From Marsupella aquatica (lineage: Eukaryota; Plantae; Marchantiophyta), in the NCBI GenBank assembly GCA_973895155.1, contig OZ316895.1:6746184-6810183 (forward strand): a stretch of DNA of 64,000 bases, read 5' to 3'. Made by a program: the position numbers and the translations under genes. Each line of letters opens with the position of its first letter. The first letter of the stretch is position 1. Below the pieces are notes generated by a model. It worked only from the letters and a program-made list of their open reading frames with translations, did not search any database and had not been told where the DNA came from. Positions 63,863 to 64,000 of the stretch are shown piece by piece.

Positions 63863-64000
63863 ATGGAGCATGATAGACATGATGCGGTTGTTGCCTCAGG
63901 TCCTGCTGAAGAACTATCAGTCAGTGCCATAAGAGATGACTGTACCGTACAAAAACCAATATACCTACTGGCTGAGAGAGATCTTTGCCAATGTCCGTGC
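63863..64000 (+). CDS. Possible 5' end of a gene running off the window (MEHDRHDAVVASGPAEELS...)
   Basis: ATG in GCTATGG context and 46 open codons to the window edge; no family recognised. Confidence 0.25.
   Translation, partial: MEHDRHDAVVASGPAEELSVSAIRDDCTVQKPIYLLAERDLCQCPC

Overview
Eukaryotic land-plant nuclear DNA with GT-AG introns and TE-rich intergenic space. A bryophyte or other early-diverging plant is inferred from gene style and TE content, not proven. Five conserved genes could be built by hand: a ChaC/GGCT2 gamma-glutamylcyclotransferase with an intronless CDS (-), a 4-exon COMT-type O-methyltransferase (-), a 9-exon GDPD1-like glycerophosphodiester phosphodiesterase (+), an 11-exon zf-MYND/MSS51-like protein (-) and a double-LEA_2 desiccation protein (-). 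Less ordinary content: (i) an unrecognised ORF of at least 860 aa with nine ~40-aa S-Y-W-F-D-V-P-Y...GLL...DSEP repeats; (ii) a degenerate inverted copy of the last three exons, introns and 3'UTR of the MSS51-like gene lying just upstream of that gene; (iii) a 74-aa Inhibitor-3/Ypi1-like PP1-docking microprotein lacking the CCIF motif; (iv) two inverted Helitron-type 3' ends with minisatellite arrays, each followed by unrecognised ORF-like DNA. Also present: MITEs, SINEs, solo LTRs, a CRE-like RLE non-LTR fragment and several tandem or hairpin arrays. All family calls come from motif recognition only; no database searches were run.
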